Shown here: positions 30,305 to 40,982 of the stretch, piece after piece
Layout: every line of letters begins with the position of its first letter
Position numbering within the stretch: position 1 is the first letter of the stretch
Assembly (NCBI GenBank): GCA_963712115.1
Contig: CAVQGX010000022.1
Location: 32,001 to 96,000, forward strand
Direction: 5' to 3'
DNA from: an uncultured delta proteobacterium
GTDB lineage: Bacteria; Desulfobacterota; Syntrophobacteria; BM002
Length of the DNA stretch: 64,000 bases
Made by a program: the position numbers and the translations under genes
Notes under the pieces: model-generated
Seen by the model: the letters and a program-made list of their open reading frames with translations, nothing else
Databases searched by the model: none
What the model was told of the DNA's origin: nothing

Positions 30305-31253
30305 GTATAGGTCCCGTTTCCTCAAAAAGATTATTTCCCAGAGCGGTGCGTACTTCCTTCCACTGGTACCACTGTTCTGGAAACATATAGATGTATCGTT
30401 CCAAAACCTGAAGAGCGCTCTGGGAAACGCTTTCGTTTTCAAGATTCTGCTGCATTCCGTTCAAAGAATGAAGATTGAGCCCGTAATGATCTTTCCCCTT
30501 TCTTTGGACAACCCCCATTATCACCGGGGACGAATAGCGACGGCGAAGGAGGTCCAGGGTGCGATCTACTGGACAGGAGCAGCCGAGAAATTGAGTTGAC
30601 CTATTCCGATGAGGTCGATAAGCCTTAAACTCGTCACATTCAGTGATTAATATCTGATTTGATTTCAGGGCTTGGAGGGCGCTGAAGATGACATGCTCGC
30701 CACTATTGGCGTCCAACAGCGTTATACCTTTACTTGCTCCTCGCTCTACAAGGGCCCGCTTCAGACGGGGTGTCTTGAAACGGACAACCATAGTAACTGG
30801 ATACCCCTTGAGAGCCAAAAACAGAGGCAAAAATTCAACGGCTCCGAAGTGGGCTGTAACCAGAATAACTCCCCTGCCTTGGGCGAGAGATTCATCTATG
30901 AGGTCTTGCCCCTCTAATTCAACGCGTTCCAGGAGGAAGCGACACACTCTACCGAAGTGGGCATAGGCGATGATCAGTTTTTCGTGGTAATGATGATAGA
31001 TGCCATGGAAGGTCCGGCGGACGATCAGATCCGTAGGTTTTCTTTCGGGAAAGTGACGAAGAATAGCTGTGAGGTTTTTCCTGATCTGTTCCTTTTCTTC
31101 GCCCTTGAAGAAGTGGTAGATGCGACCCATTAGACCAAGATAAGGCCGCACTACAATTCTAGGCAACCAGCGAATCAAGATAGTGTTGAACCGCCATTGC
31201 AGAAAACGGCTGAGTCCAATTCTCCCCACAAGGTGCGCACATATTCGTTTCAT
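30231..31253 (-). CDS. Lysophospholipid acyltransferase (LpxL/HtrB-like) family protein
   Basis: GRGVILVTAHFGAVE, ALKSNQILITECD, PEQWYQW. Confidence 0.87.
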   Translation of the reverse strand: MKRICAHLVGRIGLSRFLQWRFNTILIRWLPRIVVRPYLGLMGRIYHFFKGEEKEQIRKNLTAILRHFPERKPTDLIVRRTFHGIYHHYHEKLIIAYAHFGRVCRFLLERVELEGQDLIDESLAQGRGVILVTAHFGAVEFLPLFLALKGYPVTMVVRFKTPRLKRALVERGASKGITLLDANSGEHVIFSALQALKSNQILITECDEFKAYRPHRNRSTQFLGCSCPVDRTLDLLRRRYSSPVIMGVVQRKGKDHYGLNLHSLNGMQQNLENESVSQSALQVLERYIYMFPEQWYQWKEVRTALGNNLFEETGPIHAAEEDPSLSPADRAVHAYQTLPS

Positions 31254-31304
31254 ACCATTTCCCCTTAATTACGCCCTGGTTGGAGTATTTTAGATTTTTT
31301 AGGT

Positions 31305-34115
31305 CTATCGCCGGAAGGCAATTACCTTCCTAGTCCCCCTTGACCTCCCACTAGTGTCACTGTCTGTGTCTCCACCAATGTCAAGAATTTTTCTTACAGC
31401 ATAAACCAGTTCTTCAGGCTTGAATGGCTTGTGCACCAACGGTGTTTGCCGATCTCCTGCTAGCAGTTGTGAGTCAGGTTCCCTGGCCCCGTAGCCACTG
31501 CAGATTAATATCTTTAAAGTAGAGTCAAGTTGCCTGAGCCTCTCTAAAGTCTCTTTGCCACTCAGCTTGGGCATGAGGAGATCCAGGATTACCAGGTCAA
31601 TCTCAGCTCTCTTATGGTGGAAGATCTCCAGTGCTTCCACCCCATCAGCAGCCTCAATAACCTGGTAGCCGTAACCTCGCAAAATCTCAGTACCTAGATC
31701 CCTAACCATTGGCTCGTCGTCCACTAGCAAAATAGTCTCATTGCCTTCCAAGCCAGGCTTCAACTGGCCCAGTGTTGGCTCTTGTTCTTTGCCACTGGCC
31801 ACACGAAAGAAAAGATTGAACTCAGTGCCCTTTTCCTCTTCACTTTGCACCTGTACGTAGCCGCGAGCGTTCTGAACGATACCGTAAACCATGGCCAACC
31901 CAAGACCTGAACCCTTTCCAACTTCTTTGGTGGTAAAAAATGGATCGAAAATCTTATCCAGATTTTCCTCTGGAATTCCACTTCCATCGTCAGCCACCCG
32001 AATGCGGATATACTTCCCCGGTTCTGCTGCCAAATCTTGGTAAGCAGAGGCAAGGTCTCCATCTAAATCAACATCAGCTGTCGAAATCGATATTTTGCCG
32101 CCGTTAGGCATAGCATCACGAGCATTGAGGCAGAGATTGAGTATTGCCTGCTGCACCTGGGTAGCGTTTGCCGCTATAGGAGGTATGTGGGGGTTTAAAT
32201 CAAGCTCCAGCACCACATCTTTACCGACTGAACTTTCGAGCAATCGGGCAGTCTCCCGAATAACGCGATTGGGATAAACTACCTGCAGGTCCTCAGGTTG
32301 GGTTCCGCGGCTGAATGCTAGCAGTTGTCTCACCAGATCGGCAGCCCTTAAGCTGGAACTTTCGATAATCTCAACAAAGCGCTGGGTTTCCGGCTCTTCT
32401 TGGAGTCGGTGTTTCAACAGGCTGGCGTAACCTAGAACTCCAGTGAGGATGTTATTGAAATCGTGGGCGATGCCTCCTGCCATGGTGCCGATGCTTTCCA
32501 TCTTCTGTTGATGTAGAAGTTTGGTTTCCATCCGCTTCTTATCAGTGATGTCAGTAACCATGGCAAAGCTGCCCTTATAGCGATCCCCCTCAATAACGGG
32601 AACACTACTTATAATTGCTGAGACAAGCTTACCGTCATTACAGAGCATCTCGATCTCTTCCTGAGCCACCAAACCTCTCATGTTTTGCACAAGAAGATTC
32701 AACAGTACCCTTTTCTTGTCAGAGGGTACGAGCTCATTTATATTTCGACCTAACATCTCATCATAGCCAAGAATCGCGGACAGCCGCTGATTAGCAAAAG
32801 TGATGAGGCCATTTTCATCCACAACCCATATGCCCTCGTGGGCGTTTTCCACGAGTTCACGGTACTGGCGTTCTGATTCTTCAAGTTTTCGGTATAGATT
32901 GGCGTTGTGGATGGCAATGGCTATTTGGTTGGAAAAGCTTATAAGAAAATCCTTCTCCGTTGAAATAACTTTACCGCCCGACTTTTCTTGGTCGCCAACT
33001 AGAACCCCCAAAACTTTGCCTCGGACCTTGAGGGGCAGAGCTATGAAGGCCTCTGGCTGAAATCGTTTGATTAGAGGGTTCTCTTTATTAATCTTCGAGG
33101 CGGCCACATCATCCACCAGTTCAGGCTCCCCGGTTTGAACCACCCGGGCCAAGATATTTGTGTCCTTTGTCAGGGGAACACTGTATGACCTCACATCTTC
33201 CACATAAGAAGGATTAGTACCCACCGCATGTGCGAAAAAAAGTTCTTCTCTTTCTTCGTCCACCAGAAAAATGGCCGCCCGATCCAAAACCGAGACATCG
33301 ACCAACCCTTGGAGAATTAGGGTCAAAAGCTCATCGATGTCTAAGGTTGAGAGAATCGCTTTGCTAGCTTCCTGGAGACTAACAAGTCTGTCCAGTTGGG
33401 ACTTGAGTTGAATGTTGAGCCCGCGAACTTCTGCGTATTTTTCCCGCAGAAGTTCTTTGTCCTGCTCCAACTCTTGAATGGTGGCCTTGGCTAGTCTCCA
33501 GGGAGCGATTACCTGTAGTAAAAGCCGTTTGATCGACGGCTTCCGCTTCCAACTTAGATGATACTCACAGTAATCGTCGCCCTGGAAGTAACATTTGCGC
33601 TCCTCCAAGTGTAGGGGCGGTTCATTCCATACTACCGGAACCGCTGTGTATACTCCCCGGTTCATTAAGCAAAAGTCGCGAGTCATGGGGATATCCCTGA
33701 ACCACTTGAGACGGACCACAGCCCCATCCCGGTTGAGCTCCGCCAGTTCGACCTCTTTGCTGCGGTTAAATTTGTCGTTGAGACTCTGAATTCTCCTGAG
33801 TGTACGAGCGTGGCTGCGGAAAGCGAAAAAGAGGACACGTTGAATATAGCCGAGTCGCTTTTTGGCCACGGACTCGAAGCCGATGTGGAAGACCACATCT
33901 TCCTTGCCAAGAAGCTCTTTAGTTCTCTCGTAAAGAAGAATTAGTATATCACTGGAGACCCAATTGTTAGGGTCACAAAGAAACTCTTTGGAATTCGTCA
34001 CCCCATCCAGTTGCTGACTCAACCCCTTGAGCAGAGGCTCTACGAGGGAAGGATCGCGCTCCTCAACATAGTCAATGACGGCTTTGGTGTTTATACAGCT
34101 ATTGTGTCTTTCCAT
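31305..34115 (-). CDS. Hybrid histidine kinase: V4R-like, GAF, PAS, HisKA, HATPase, REC
   Basis: C...[15 protein letters not shown]; [11 protein letters not shown]; [10 protein letters not shown]; [17 protein letters not shown]; ILLVDDE..ILDLLMP. Confidence 0.94.
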   Translation of the reverse strand: MERHNSCINTKAVIDYVEERDPSLVEPLLKGLSQQLDGVTNSKEFLCDPNNWVSSDILILLYERTKELLGKEDVVFHIGFESVAKKRLGYIQRVLFFAFRSHARTLRRIQSLNDKFNRSKEVELAELNRDGAVVRLKWFRDIPMTRDFCLMNRGVYTAVPVVWNEPPLHLEERKCYFQGDDYCEYHLSWKRKPSIKRLLLQVIAPWRLAKATIQELEQDKELLREKYAEVRGLNIQLKSQLDRLVSLQEASKAILSTLDIDELLTLILQGLVDVSVLDRAAIFLVDEEREELFFAHAVGTNPSYVEDVRSYSVPLTKDTNILARVVQTGEPELVDDVAASKINKENPLIKRFQPEAFIALPLKVRGKVLGVLVGDQEKSGGKVISTEKDFLISFSNQIAIAIHNANLYRKLEESERQYRELVENAHEGIWVVDENGLITFANQRLSAILGYDEMLGRNINELVPSDKKRVLLNLLVQNMRGLVAQEEIEMLCNDGKLVSAIISSVPVIEGDRYKGSFAMVTDITDKKRMETKLLHQQKMESIGTMAGGIAHDFNNILTGVLGYASLLKHRLQEEPETQRFVEIIESSSLRAADLVRQLLAFSRGTQPEDLQVVYPNRVIRETARLLESSVGKDVVLELDLNPHIPPIAANATQVQQAILNLCLNARDAMPNGGKISISTADVDLDGDLASAYQDLAAEPGKYIRIRVADDGSGIPEENLDKIFDPFFTTKEVGKGSGLGLAMVYGIVQNARGYVQVQSEEEKGTEFNLFFRVASGKEQEPTLGQLKPGLEGNETILLVDDEPMVRDLGTEILRGYGYQVIEAADGVEALEIFHHKRAEIDLVILDLLMPKLSGKETLERLRQLDSTLKILICSGYGAREPDSQLLAGDRQTPLVHKPFKPEELVYAVRKILDIGGDTDSDTSGRSRGTRKVIAFRR

Positions 34116-34357
34116 GGGCTATAAGCTCAGAAAACAAAAACCACATCGCCTTAGACGTACGATCTCGTCTCTCGTGGACTCAGTTGAATCCCGAGACCGG
34201 TAACCTAAAACGTGTGGTTGATTGGTGCGGGAGCGGATGGTTGGTCAGCGGACCGGTAAGTCCGAAATACTTGCCCGCTGGCCTACATCTCTAGCCTCTC
34301 TTATACTTTTTATTGCCTTGAAATGTCAAGAAAAAAAACAGTGTAAAAGACAAAAGC

Positions 34358-37300
34358 TCACTTTCCACCAAGCTTTTCGAACTGTTGGTCGAAGCGAGCT
34401 GTTACCAGACCTTCGAACTCCTTACCCAGGTGGCGACGGTTGCTAAGCAGTTCAGCCCGTACTTTTTTCCAGAGTCTTAATAGCTCTCCAGTATTGGTGC
34501 AGCTAAGAATTTTCCGGTGAATGGCCTCGAGTCTGGAACTGCGCAAGCGATCCCGGTTGAATTCAAACATGTCCTTTGCCAGTTGTATTTGTTCTTCTGA
34601 GAAACTGTTTTCTTGAGCCAGCACCATCAGTTCATCAAGGACACGCTCAATGCCGGCAAAGGTCCTTTGCTGTCGCATTTTTTTTTGGGCCTTGTGCATA
34701 GAACGTTCTATTAGTTCGTGTAAACGCTTATGGAAAGAGTCGCTGAGGATCTTTTGGTAGTCTTCCGTATGGTAAGGATGGTTTTTGAGTTTTTTTAACT
34801 GACGATGATAGAGGTGCTTAAGTCGTAAAATATCCTCCTCCCCCCTGATTTGTTTGAGAATGCCTTCAATCTCAAGACGATCTTGAAAAAGAACCTTTAA
34901 TATCGCTTTGTCTGAATTGACCTGGAGAATAATCCCTAGCCTAGACCTATTGAGGCTGGAGAGCAACCGGCCGTCCTTGAATAAGCGATCAGCGGGCAGC
35001 TTGGCCAACTCTTCGGCAATGGCCTGGTAGCGTCGGTCAATGATTAGACTGAGGTCATGAAAATCGAGTACCCTGGGGTTGTCATTGTCAGGGCAAAACC
35101 GATCCAGAGCACGGAAGCCAAGAATCAACAGTTTTAGCCAGGTCCCAGGCTCCAAGTGTTGAGCTACGTATTCCAAGCCATAGATGCGGACAAAGTCGTG
35201 GGCGGGGCTAAGCTTGTCCAGCAACTGTTGCCTGATTTCCTCATCGAACCTGATGAGCGCTTGGTAGACCACAATGGCTTGCTGAAGATCTTTTTCGAAT
35301 TTAGCCAAGCCAGTGCTTTTTAAACCCTTCTTGTGGTAAATGAAGCTGACCGGCATATCCAAAATCTTCATTTGAATGTCGACGAAACTAATCTCAGGTA
35401 TCCCAACGAGTCGGAAGAGTCGTTCAATGGCAGCTGCATCCTCTCCCTTGCGGAGGTGACCTTGCTCATCCTTTAAGCTATCCCAGTGGGAGAAAAGGGC
35501 AAACTGACTCTGACCTTTTTTCACTGTATCCATTTCAGGCAATAGACTCCTGCCCATTGCCCTGAACTCATTATCGATATAGGTTTGCCATGAAATCTCA
35601 CCACGCATGATACTCAAGGCCAACTGTCGTAGATCTAAAAAGCGATCTAGTAAATCTTCAACCATAATGCCTTCACGATAAGCCGCAGCAGCAAGGACGG
35701 AGTGGAGGAAGAAGGCTTCAAACAGTAGCTCGTCACCACAAGAAGTGACCAGATCTAAGGCTGGCAGGGCTACTTCTCCCTTAAGCACATGTCCCATTAA
35801 TCCATGGACCTCCACGAGGAAATCCGTCAGTTTGCTTTTTTTATCGTCCATGCCAAGATGCTCAAGCAGATCGTGGCGCCTAAGGATTTCAGCTCCTGCC
35901 TCGCCGTGAATATTACTCTGGGAGAGAGATCTATACTCTTCCAGATACAATGGAAGTTTGCCAATCTCTTGGAAAATCAACGCTGCGCTTAGGGATTCCA
36001 TCAATTCCGCACGAGTGTTGATGCGGTTAACGATCTCCTCTAGCATCTCAATCTGTACATTGCTAATGCCGATGGACTCACCCGTCATTGCCCCAAATTG
36101 CTGTTGAGCAAGCTGGTAGAAGATCTCAATATTTTGCAGGGCTTCGCGATCCCCAGTGACAAGGGCTTGGAACTTCTTCAGGCAGCGCAGAACGTATCTG
36201 GGGATCGTCTCCCCAGAGTGAATTTTCTTGCTCGGTTTTATCTTATCAAGCTCCCAGAACTCGGTAAGGATGCGGCGGCCGATTGTGGGGCAATGTTCGT
36301 GGATTATCTCCAAGGTGTCAAAAACTCGGTCGGGGATCAGGAGCTTTTGGGCGAACAGTTTCTCGAGACGTGAACAGCAGCGGTCAATCTTGGCTTTCTG
36401 CCTGGCCAGGGAGTCAGTGCCAACGCCGGTTACCGGGATGAACCGCTGTAGATGGTCGTGGTAGGTGTGTAATTCTCCAAAGAGTCGATCGGTCTCTCTT
36501 AGCTCTGATACAGCTATGTCAGGAATCAACTGGTCACGAGCCGACTGCAGGATTAGTTCAACCTTTCTGAGGTTGTCCTCCACGTCAATGAAGACGACCT
36601 CGGTAGCCTGACTCACCGGATTGTGCCGCAGCTGAATACCACTGTCAAAGATAAAGGCCGGTCGACCCTGAGACAACGTCTGTTGTATCCCAATCAGGTA
36701 GTCGAAATGAAGCTGCTCCGGTGCCAATGATTCCAGAGCCTTCTTTACCCTTGCCAGCCTTTCGTCGCTGTCCTGGTGCTCGTAGCTGATAAGCGGATTG
36801 AAGTTAATGACACTTCCCGGCGAACCACTTATGGTAATCCACAGGAGGATAAATCCCGCCCGAGTACCAAGAATCGGAAAGATGTGACCTGTGCCGTGGA
36901 ACTGGCAGTTAAGGAGTTTGCGAAAGAAGTATGGGCGGCTCAAAAGTTCACGTTCGTAGAAACGCTCCTTGAATTGATTAGTAATCCTAATAAGTTCTAT
37001 AACTTGATCAATCTGCTCCAGTTTTTCCAGGCGATAGTCCGCCAGGGCTTCTTTTTGAAAAGGACCCTTCTTGGCAATATGGGTCCATGAGTCCAGGTAC
37101 TCGAAAAGATTGAAGAGCTTCAGCATTTGGCGCACGGCCACATTCTGCGCCCCGCCCAAAGCTGCTATCTTCTGATCATGGAGAGTCTCCCACTCCAGGT
37201 GGGGATCAGCAGCTATCCAGATGGCCTCGTCATAGAGGCTGAAAAGCTCGCTTCCCTGTTCCTTGGTGAGTTTGTCGCCCAAAGATGCGGCAATTTCTGC

Positions 37301-39076
37301 CATGCTGATTAAGCGAATTGTTCGAAGAAGATCAGCCACTTCTTCGAGGCTCTTGCGCCTGGCCTGGTCAGTAATGGATTTCAGAGTTTTCTCCGGAAGC
37401 TTTCCAAAGGTGATTCGCCCCATAGTGGTATGGCCCACCACAATTAGATACATCTCTCTAAGTAGCGCTGGCGATAAGCCCAGAAGTGACAGCTTTTCGA
37501 TGTTTTCCAGAACCCTGGTGCTGGGTCCCTCCAACTCCGCAGGGTTGAGGAGGGATTTAAATCGGCTCAACTGGACGGACTTCTTCATCAGTTGCTTCAT
37601 ATGGTTAAAAGCGCGATAGCGGTTTTTGGGAGCTGCAAATGGATTGTGTAAACGGTTTAGCTCAAGCTCGGACAAGCGGTCGAATGTCTTCTCGCGAATT
37701 TCCGCCAAATCTCGCAGAACCGTGAGAACATAGTTGAAAGTATTTTTATAGCCCGCAACCAGAGCCAGGGAACATCCGGCCATGCCACTTGCCCGCTCTT
37801 CTTGCTCCAATTGAGTCAACCGCACTACGGGTTCACGTTTGCGGCCAAGGTAGATCTGCAAATTGTCAGGGAGTTCTCCCTCGACTATGTAGTTTTTCTC
37901 CCAATTTTTCTTGAGTGATTGAGCGATTTTGCTGTGGGAGGTGATTTTCTCAAAGAAAGGATTGAGTACCAAGGCCCAGCGGGTTTCCAGATCAACGGGT
38001 TTGCTGCTAGAGATCTTCAAGTTTAGGCGAGGCAAGCGGTCAATTTCCTCTAAGGCAAGCTGCATGGGATCCTGTTCGCCAACTACTTTCTTCAAGTCCT
38101 TACGATAGACGAAGATACCGCTGAGGTAGTTATAGAAATCGGCAAGATGGACTCGGAGGAGGCTGCCTCCCTTTCCGCGGTAGCTTTTTCTTGAACGGAA
38201 AACGTGAGTAAAAAGCAGGAAATTTCGCAAATCGGCTTGATCCCGAAATTCCACCCAAACCTCTTGGTTAGTAGGGGGAAAGGGTTTGCTTGAAATAACG
38301 CAGAGCTCACCTCCTTTCCCGAGAAGATCATATATCTTCCCCGCCACATATGTGCCGTATGTTGCGAAGGTTTCCTGACTGAGGGTCGAGCCAGCCAATC
38401 CTTTGATTCCCATTGACAAGAGGAGATCATCCATGTCTTTCGGGATCACCATGAGATCGAAAGGGCCGCTGATTTCAAGGAGCTTGTCAATGGAATCGAT
38501 GACCACAAATTTCTGAGTAGGCATTCTGCCGGTAAGCTCGTGGACGAAGAGTTCGTTAGGGGCAGCTAGTAAGCCAATGTTGAGCCGTTCTTTCTTCTGC
38601 TGGTAAACTTGTTTAACAAGCACTCGCTCGATCTCGTCTACCTTGTCCTTTATGTCTGCCAACGAATGGCTCACCCAGTTTATGGGAATGAGGAAGTAAC
38701 GCTTACCCTCTTGGCTAAAACGCATCAGTAAACCTAGTTTGCGGTAGATGCTATTGAGCCGGCGGTAATTCTTCCTCAGAGTTGCTGGGTCGCTGAAATC
38801 GAGTCCTTCCAGGAAGTCAAGCTCACTGCCCCCAAGCTTGTCCCGCTGTTCAACTATACCCATACCATAGGCGTTACCGCCAAAGCGGCTGGCGAGAAAA
38901 GGAGGATGGTCTTTGGCCACGAAGGTGCCCACCGGCACATCCTGGGGATCAATCCCCAAAGAAGCGAATTCCTCAGGGCGGACAATTTGGTAGGAGATAT
39001 CAACGGTGCGAATCCGATCGGGCAGCGGCAGACCTGATGGTAAGCTAGTGGTGTGTGTTTCGCTCTTGGAGCTCAT
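34358..39076 (-). CDS. Large hypothetical protein (1572 aa) with two degenerate HD-like segments
   Basis: Uninterrupted 4.7-kb ORF; AALIFQEIGK..HGEAGAE..FLVEVHGLM resembles the GlnD-type HD domain. Confidence 0.85.
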   Translation of the reverse strand: MSSKSETHTTSLPSGLPLPDRIRTVDISYQIVRPEEFASLGIDPQDVPVGTFVAKDHPPFLASRFGGNAYGMGIVEQRDKLGGSELDFLEGLDFSDPATLRKNYRRLNSIYRKLGLLMRFSQEGKRYFLIPINWVSHSLADIKDKVDEIERVLVKQVYQQKKERLNIGLLAAPNELFVHELTGRMPTQKFVVIDSIDKLLEISGPFDLMVIPKDMDDLLLSMGIKGLAGSTLSQETFATYGTYVAGKIYDLLGKGGELCVISSKPFPPTNQEVWVEFRDQADLRNFLLFTHVFRSRKSYRGKGGSLLRVHLADFYNYLSGIFVYRKDLKKVVGEQDPMQLALEEIDRLPRLNLKISSSKPVDLETRWALVLNPFFEKITSHSKIAQSLKKNWEKNYIVEGELPDNLQIYLGRKREPVVRLTQLEQEERASGMAGCSLALVAGYKNTFNYVLTVLRDLAEIREKTFDRLSELELNRLHNPFAAPKNRYRAFNHMKQLMKKSVQLSRFKSLLNPAELEGPSTRVLENIEKLSLLGLSPALLREMYLIVVGHTTMGRITFGKLPEKTLKSITDQARRKSLEEVADLLRTIRLISMAEIAASLGDKLTKEQGSELFSLYDEAIWIAADPHLEWETLHDQKIAALGGAQNVAVRQMLKLFNLFEYLDSWTHIAKKGPFQKEALADYRLEKLEQIDQVIELIRITNQFKERFYERELLSRPYFFRKLLNCQFHGTGHIFPILGTRAGFILLWITISGSPGSVINFNPLISYEHQDSDERLARVKKALESLAPEQLHFDYLIGIQQTLSQGRPAFIFDSGIQLRHNPVSQATEVVFIDVEDNLRKVELILQSARDQLIPDIAVSELRETDRLFGELHTYHDHLQRFIPVTGVGTDSLARQKAKIDRCCSRLEKLFAQKLLIPDRVFDTLEIIHEHCPTIGRRILTEFWELDKIKPSKKIHSGETIPRYVLRCLKKFQALVTGDREALQNIEIFYQLAQQQFGAMTGESIGISNVQIEMLEEIVNRINTRAELMESLSAALIFQEIGKLPLYLEEYRSLSQSNIHGEAGAEILRRHDLLEHLGMDDKKSKLTDFLVEVHGLMGHVLKGEVALPALDLVTSCGDELLFEAFFLHSVLAAAAYREGIMVEDLLDRFLDLRQLALSIMRGEISWQTYIDNEFRAMGRSLLPEMDTVKKGQSQFALFSHWDSLKDEQGHLRKGEDAAAIERLFRLVGIPEISFVDIQMKILDMPVSFIYHKKGLKSTGLAKFEKDLQQAIVVYQALIRFDEEIRQQLLDKLSPAHDFVRIYGLEYVAQHLEPGTWLKLLILGFRALDRFCPDNDNPRVLDFHDLSLIIDRRYQAIAEELAKLPADRLFKDGRLLSSLNRSRLGIILQVNSDKAILKVLFQDRLEIEGILKQIRGEEDILRLKHLYHRQLKKLKNHPYHTEDYQKILSDSFHKRLHELIERSMHKAQKKMRQQRTFAGIERVLDELMVLAQENSFSEEQIQLAKDMFEFNRDRLRSSRLEAIHRKILSCTNTGELLRLWKKVRAELLSNRRHLGKEFEGLVTARFDQQFEKLGGK

Positions 39077-39146
39077 TTTTTAACCAGTTTGAAAAGCCAA
39101 TTTTTTTACCAAGCGTTGAGTATCTGTTTGGTTTAATACCCTAGCC

Positions 39147-39356
39147 AAATCCGAAATCCGAATATCGAAATCCGAAACGAATCCAAATTCTCAAAATCCA
39201 AATTATCAAAACCTAAAACTTCTACGAAATTAGATGACCTGGATGAGTTCCAGTTTCACGGCACCCATTTCAAAATCTTGATTAACATCGTTTTGGTCAT
39301 TGAAAAATTTGAATTTTGAATTTGTTTCGTGCTTCGTGCTTAGAATTTCGAATTTG
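39147..39356. repeat. Heptamer-built imperfect inverted repeat (MITE-like)
   Basis: AAATCCGAAATCCGAATATCGAAATCCGAAAC...CAAAAC left arm; GTTTTG...GTTTCGTGCTTCGTGCTTAGAATTTCGAATTT right arm. Confidence 0.65.
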
Positions 39357-39387
39357 AAGTGGCATATAAGAAAACAAAGCCCTAATT

Positions 39388-40038
39388 TTACCCTTGACGA
39401 ACTTTCAAGGATTGCTTTCGGCCCAGGGCACGTTTAGCTTTGAGGCGGAGCAAGCCGGGACTCTTATGGAGATACATCAAAGGGCTGTCAAAGCCTCCAT
39501 TAAGAAAAAAACCCTCGAACTCATCAAAGAGTATCGGCCGAGTTGGCCAGGTATACATACGTTCTCGTCGACGAAATCCTGCCCATTGCGAGGCCAGACT
39601 TTCGCTGTTGGCCAGCACCGAGTTTTTGGCAGCGTCGCACAAGAACATCTCACAGACGATGGGTTTACAGAGCCAAAGACAGCCATTCTCATTCAAATAA
39701 ACACAATTGAACCCACCGGTGTCACGCTCAAGGATCTCCAATAATGTGTCGTTTTGTTTGTTAGTCGAAAGGAGCACATTGATCACCACATCGGCGAAAA
39801 AGGTGATAATACCTTCGCGACCACAACAACCGCTCGTGCGGCTGCTGAAGCATTTCTGTGAACAAATATCAGAAAAATGTTCTTCTTGAAAGGAGTTGAC
39901 AGCTTTTCTAAATTGCACATATGACTTGATTCTTTGTTTAAGCCAGCGCAGCTTTGAGGCTGGAAGATGCGAAAGGTACTGACGCACCATGAGGATTGCG
40001 TCCTTCTGCTGCTGATTGTATTCACTCATCTCAAACAT
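39388..40038 (-). CDS. Conserved hypothetical Cys-rich protein (YkgJ-like cluster)
   Basis: CSQKC..SGCC..CVYL...GCLW..KPIVCEMFLC pattern. Confidence 0.75.
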   Translation of the reverse strand: MFEMSEYNQQQKDAILMVRQYLSHLPASKLRWLKQRIKSYVQFRKAVNSFQEEHFSDICSQKCFSSRTSGCCGREGIITFFADVVINVLLSTNKQNDTLLEILERDTGGFNCVYLNENGCLWLCKPIVCEMFLCDAAKNSVLANSESLASQWAGFRRRERMYTWPTRPILFDEFEGFFLNGGFDSPLMYLHKSPGLLRLKAKRALGRKQSLKVRQG

Positions 40039-40195
40039 CTGGTTTCTTAAAGGCGGTGACCTTATTTAGTGGGGCGCACCCACTTTACACCTTATACTAG
40101 GCACTAGGGACTATGCACTAAGCACCTAAAAGATTAATTTTGAGGTTATACTGGTAGTGCCTACTGCCTACTGCCTAGTGCATAGTGCCTAGTGA

Positions 40196-40684
40196 TTAGA
40201 GTTCATAGAGCTTTTCATCTTTCCGGGGTGGCCTCTTCTGCAAAGATGCCTTTTTTTGTCCTTGAAAAACCAAAGGATCTTCTTCCTCTAGCAAATCACC
40301 CATTTCTGCTTCAATCTGTTCTGGGTCTTCGCCGGCCTCCATTCTCCGCAACGCCTCCTCCATGCCAGTGCCGAGCTCCAGGCCGGTCATATGAGTCAAT
40401 TTTCGCATCAACTGGGCCGCCTGTTTTGGGTCGTCCTCATTAATACGCTCAGCTTCGCTAGCGAGAGCGGTCATGGCCTTCTCCAGTTTTGACTCATCAA
40501 TGTCGGGGAGGCCATCGTCCTGATCCTCCTTGACGCCGCGAAGTACTGCAAAAGAGGACATCTGTCGCTCGAGTTTTAAACGATTGCACTTGGGACAGGG
40601 AGGTATCTTTTCAGTGTTGATTGTACGGGAGAAAAAGTTAAAAATGATGTGGCATTGCGGGCAATAGAATTCATAAATCGGCAT
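40196..40684 (-). CDS. FmdB family zinc-ribbon protein
   Basis: MPIYEFYCPQC...CPKC...LERQMSSF; GGAGG RBS. Confidence 0.88.
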   Translation of the reverse strand: MPIYEFYCPQCHIIFNFFSRTINTEKIPPCPKCNRLKLERQMSSFAVLRGVKEDQDDGLPDIDESKLEKAMTALASEAERINEDDPKQAAQLMRKLTHMTGLELGTGMEEALRRMEAGEDPEQIEAEMGDLLEEEDPLVFQGQKKASLQKRPPRKDEKLYEL

Positions 40685-40982
40685 GATTAGTCACCTCCGG
40701 TTCGCTAAACCAAGATCCCAAAGAGTTTTACATCTTAGTTATCTGCAATTGTTAAAAAATTTCGACCCAAAAGTCAACGGTAACGAGTCAAAAGATGGAG
40801 TAATGGAGCCATGGCCATTTCAAATTGCAGATTGTAGATTGCAGATTGCATCAATCTAAAATCTCGAATCTGAGATCAAAAATCGCTGAAACTCCAATAC
40901 TCCGAGGATGCTGCATTGACTCGATGAACGATGTGGCTTAGGATAGCTCCTTCCGGTGGACATAAATTTACGCGAGGTTCAT

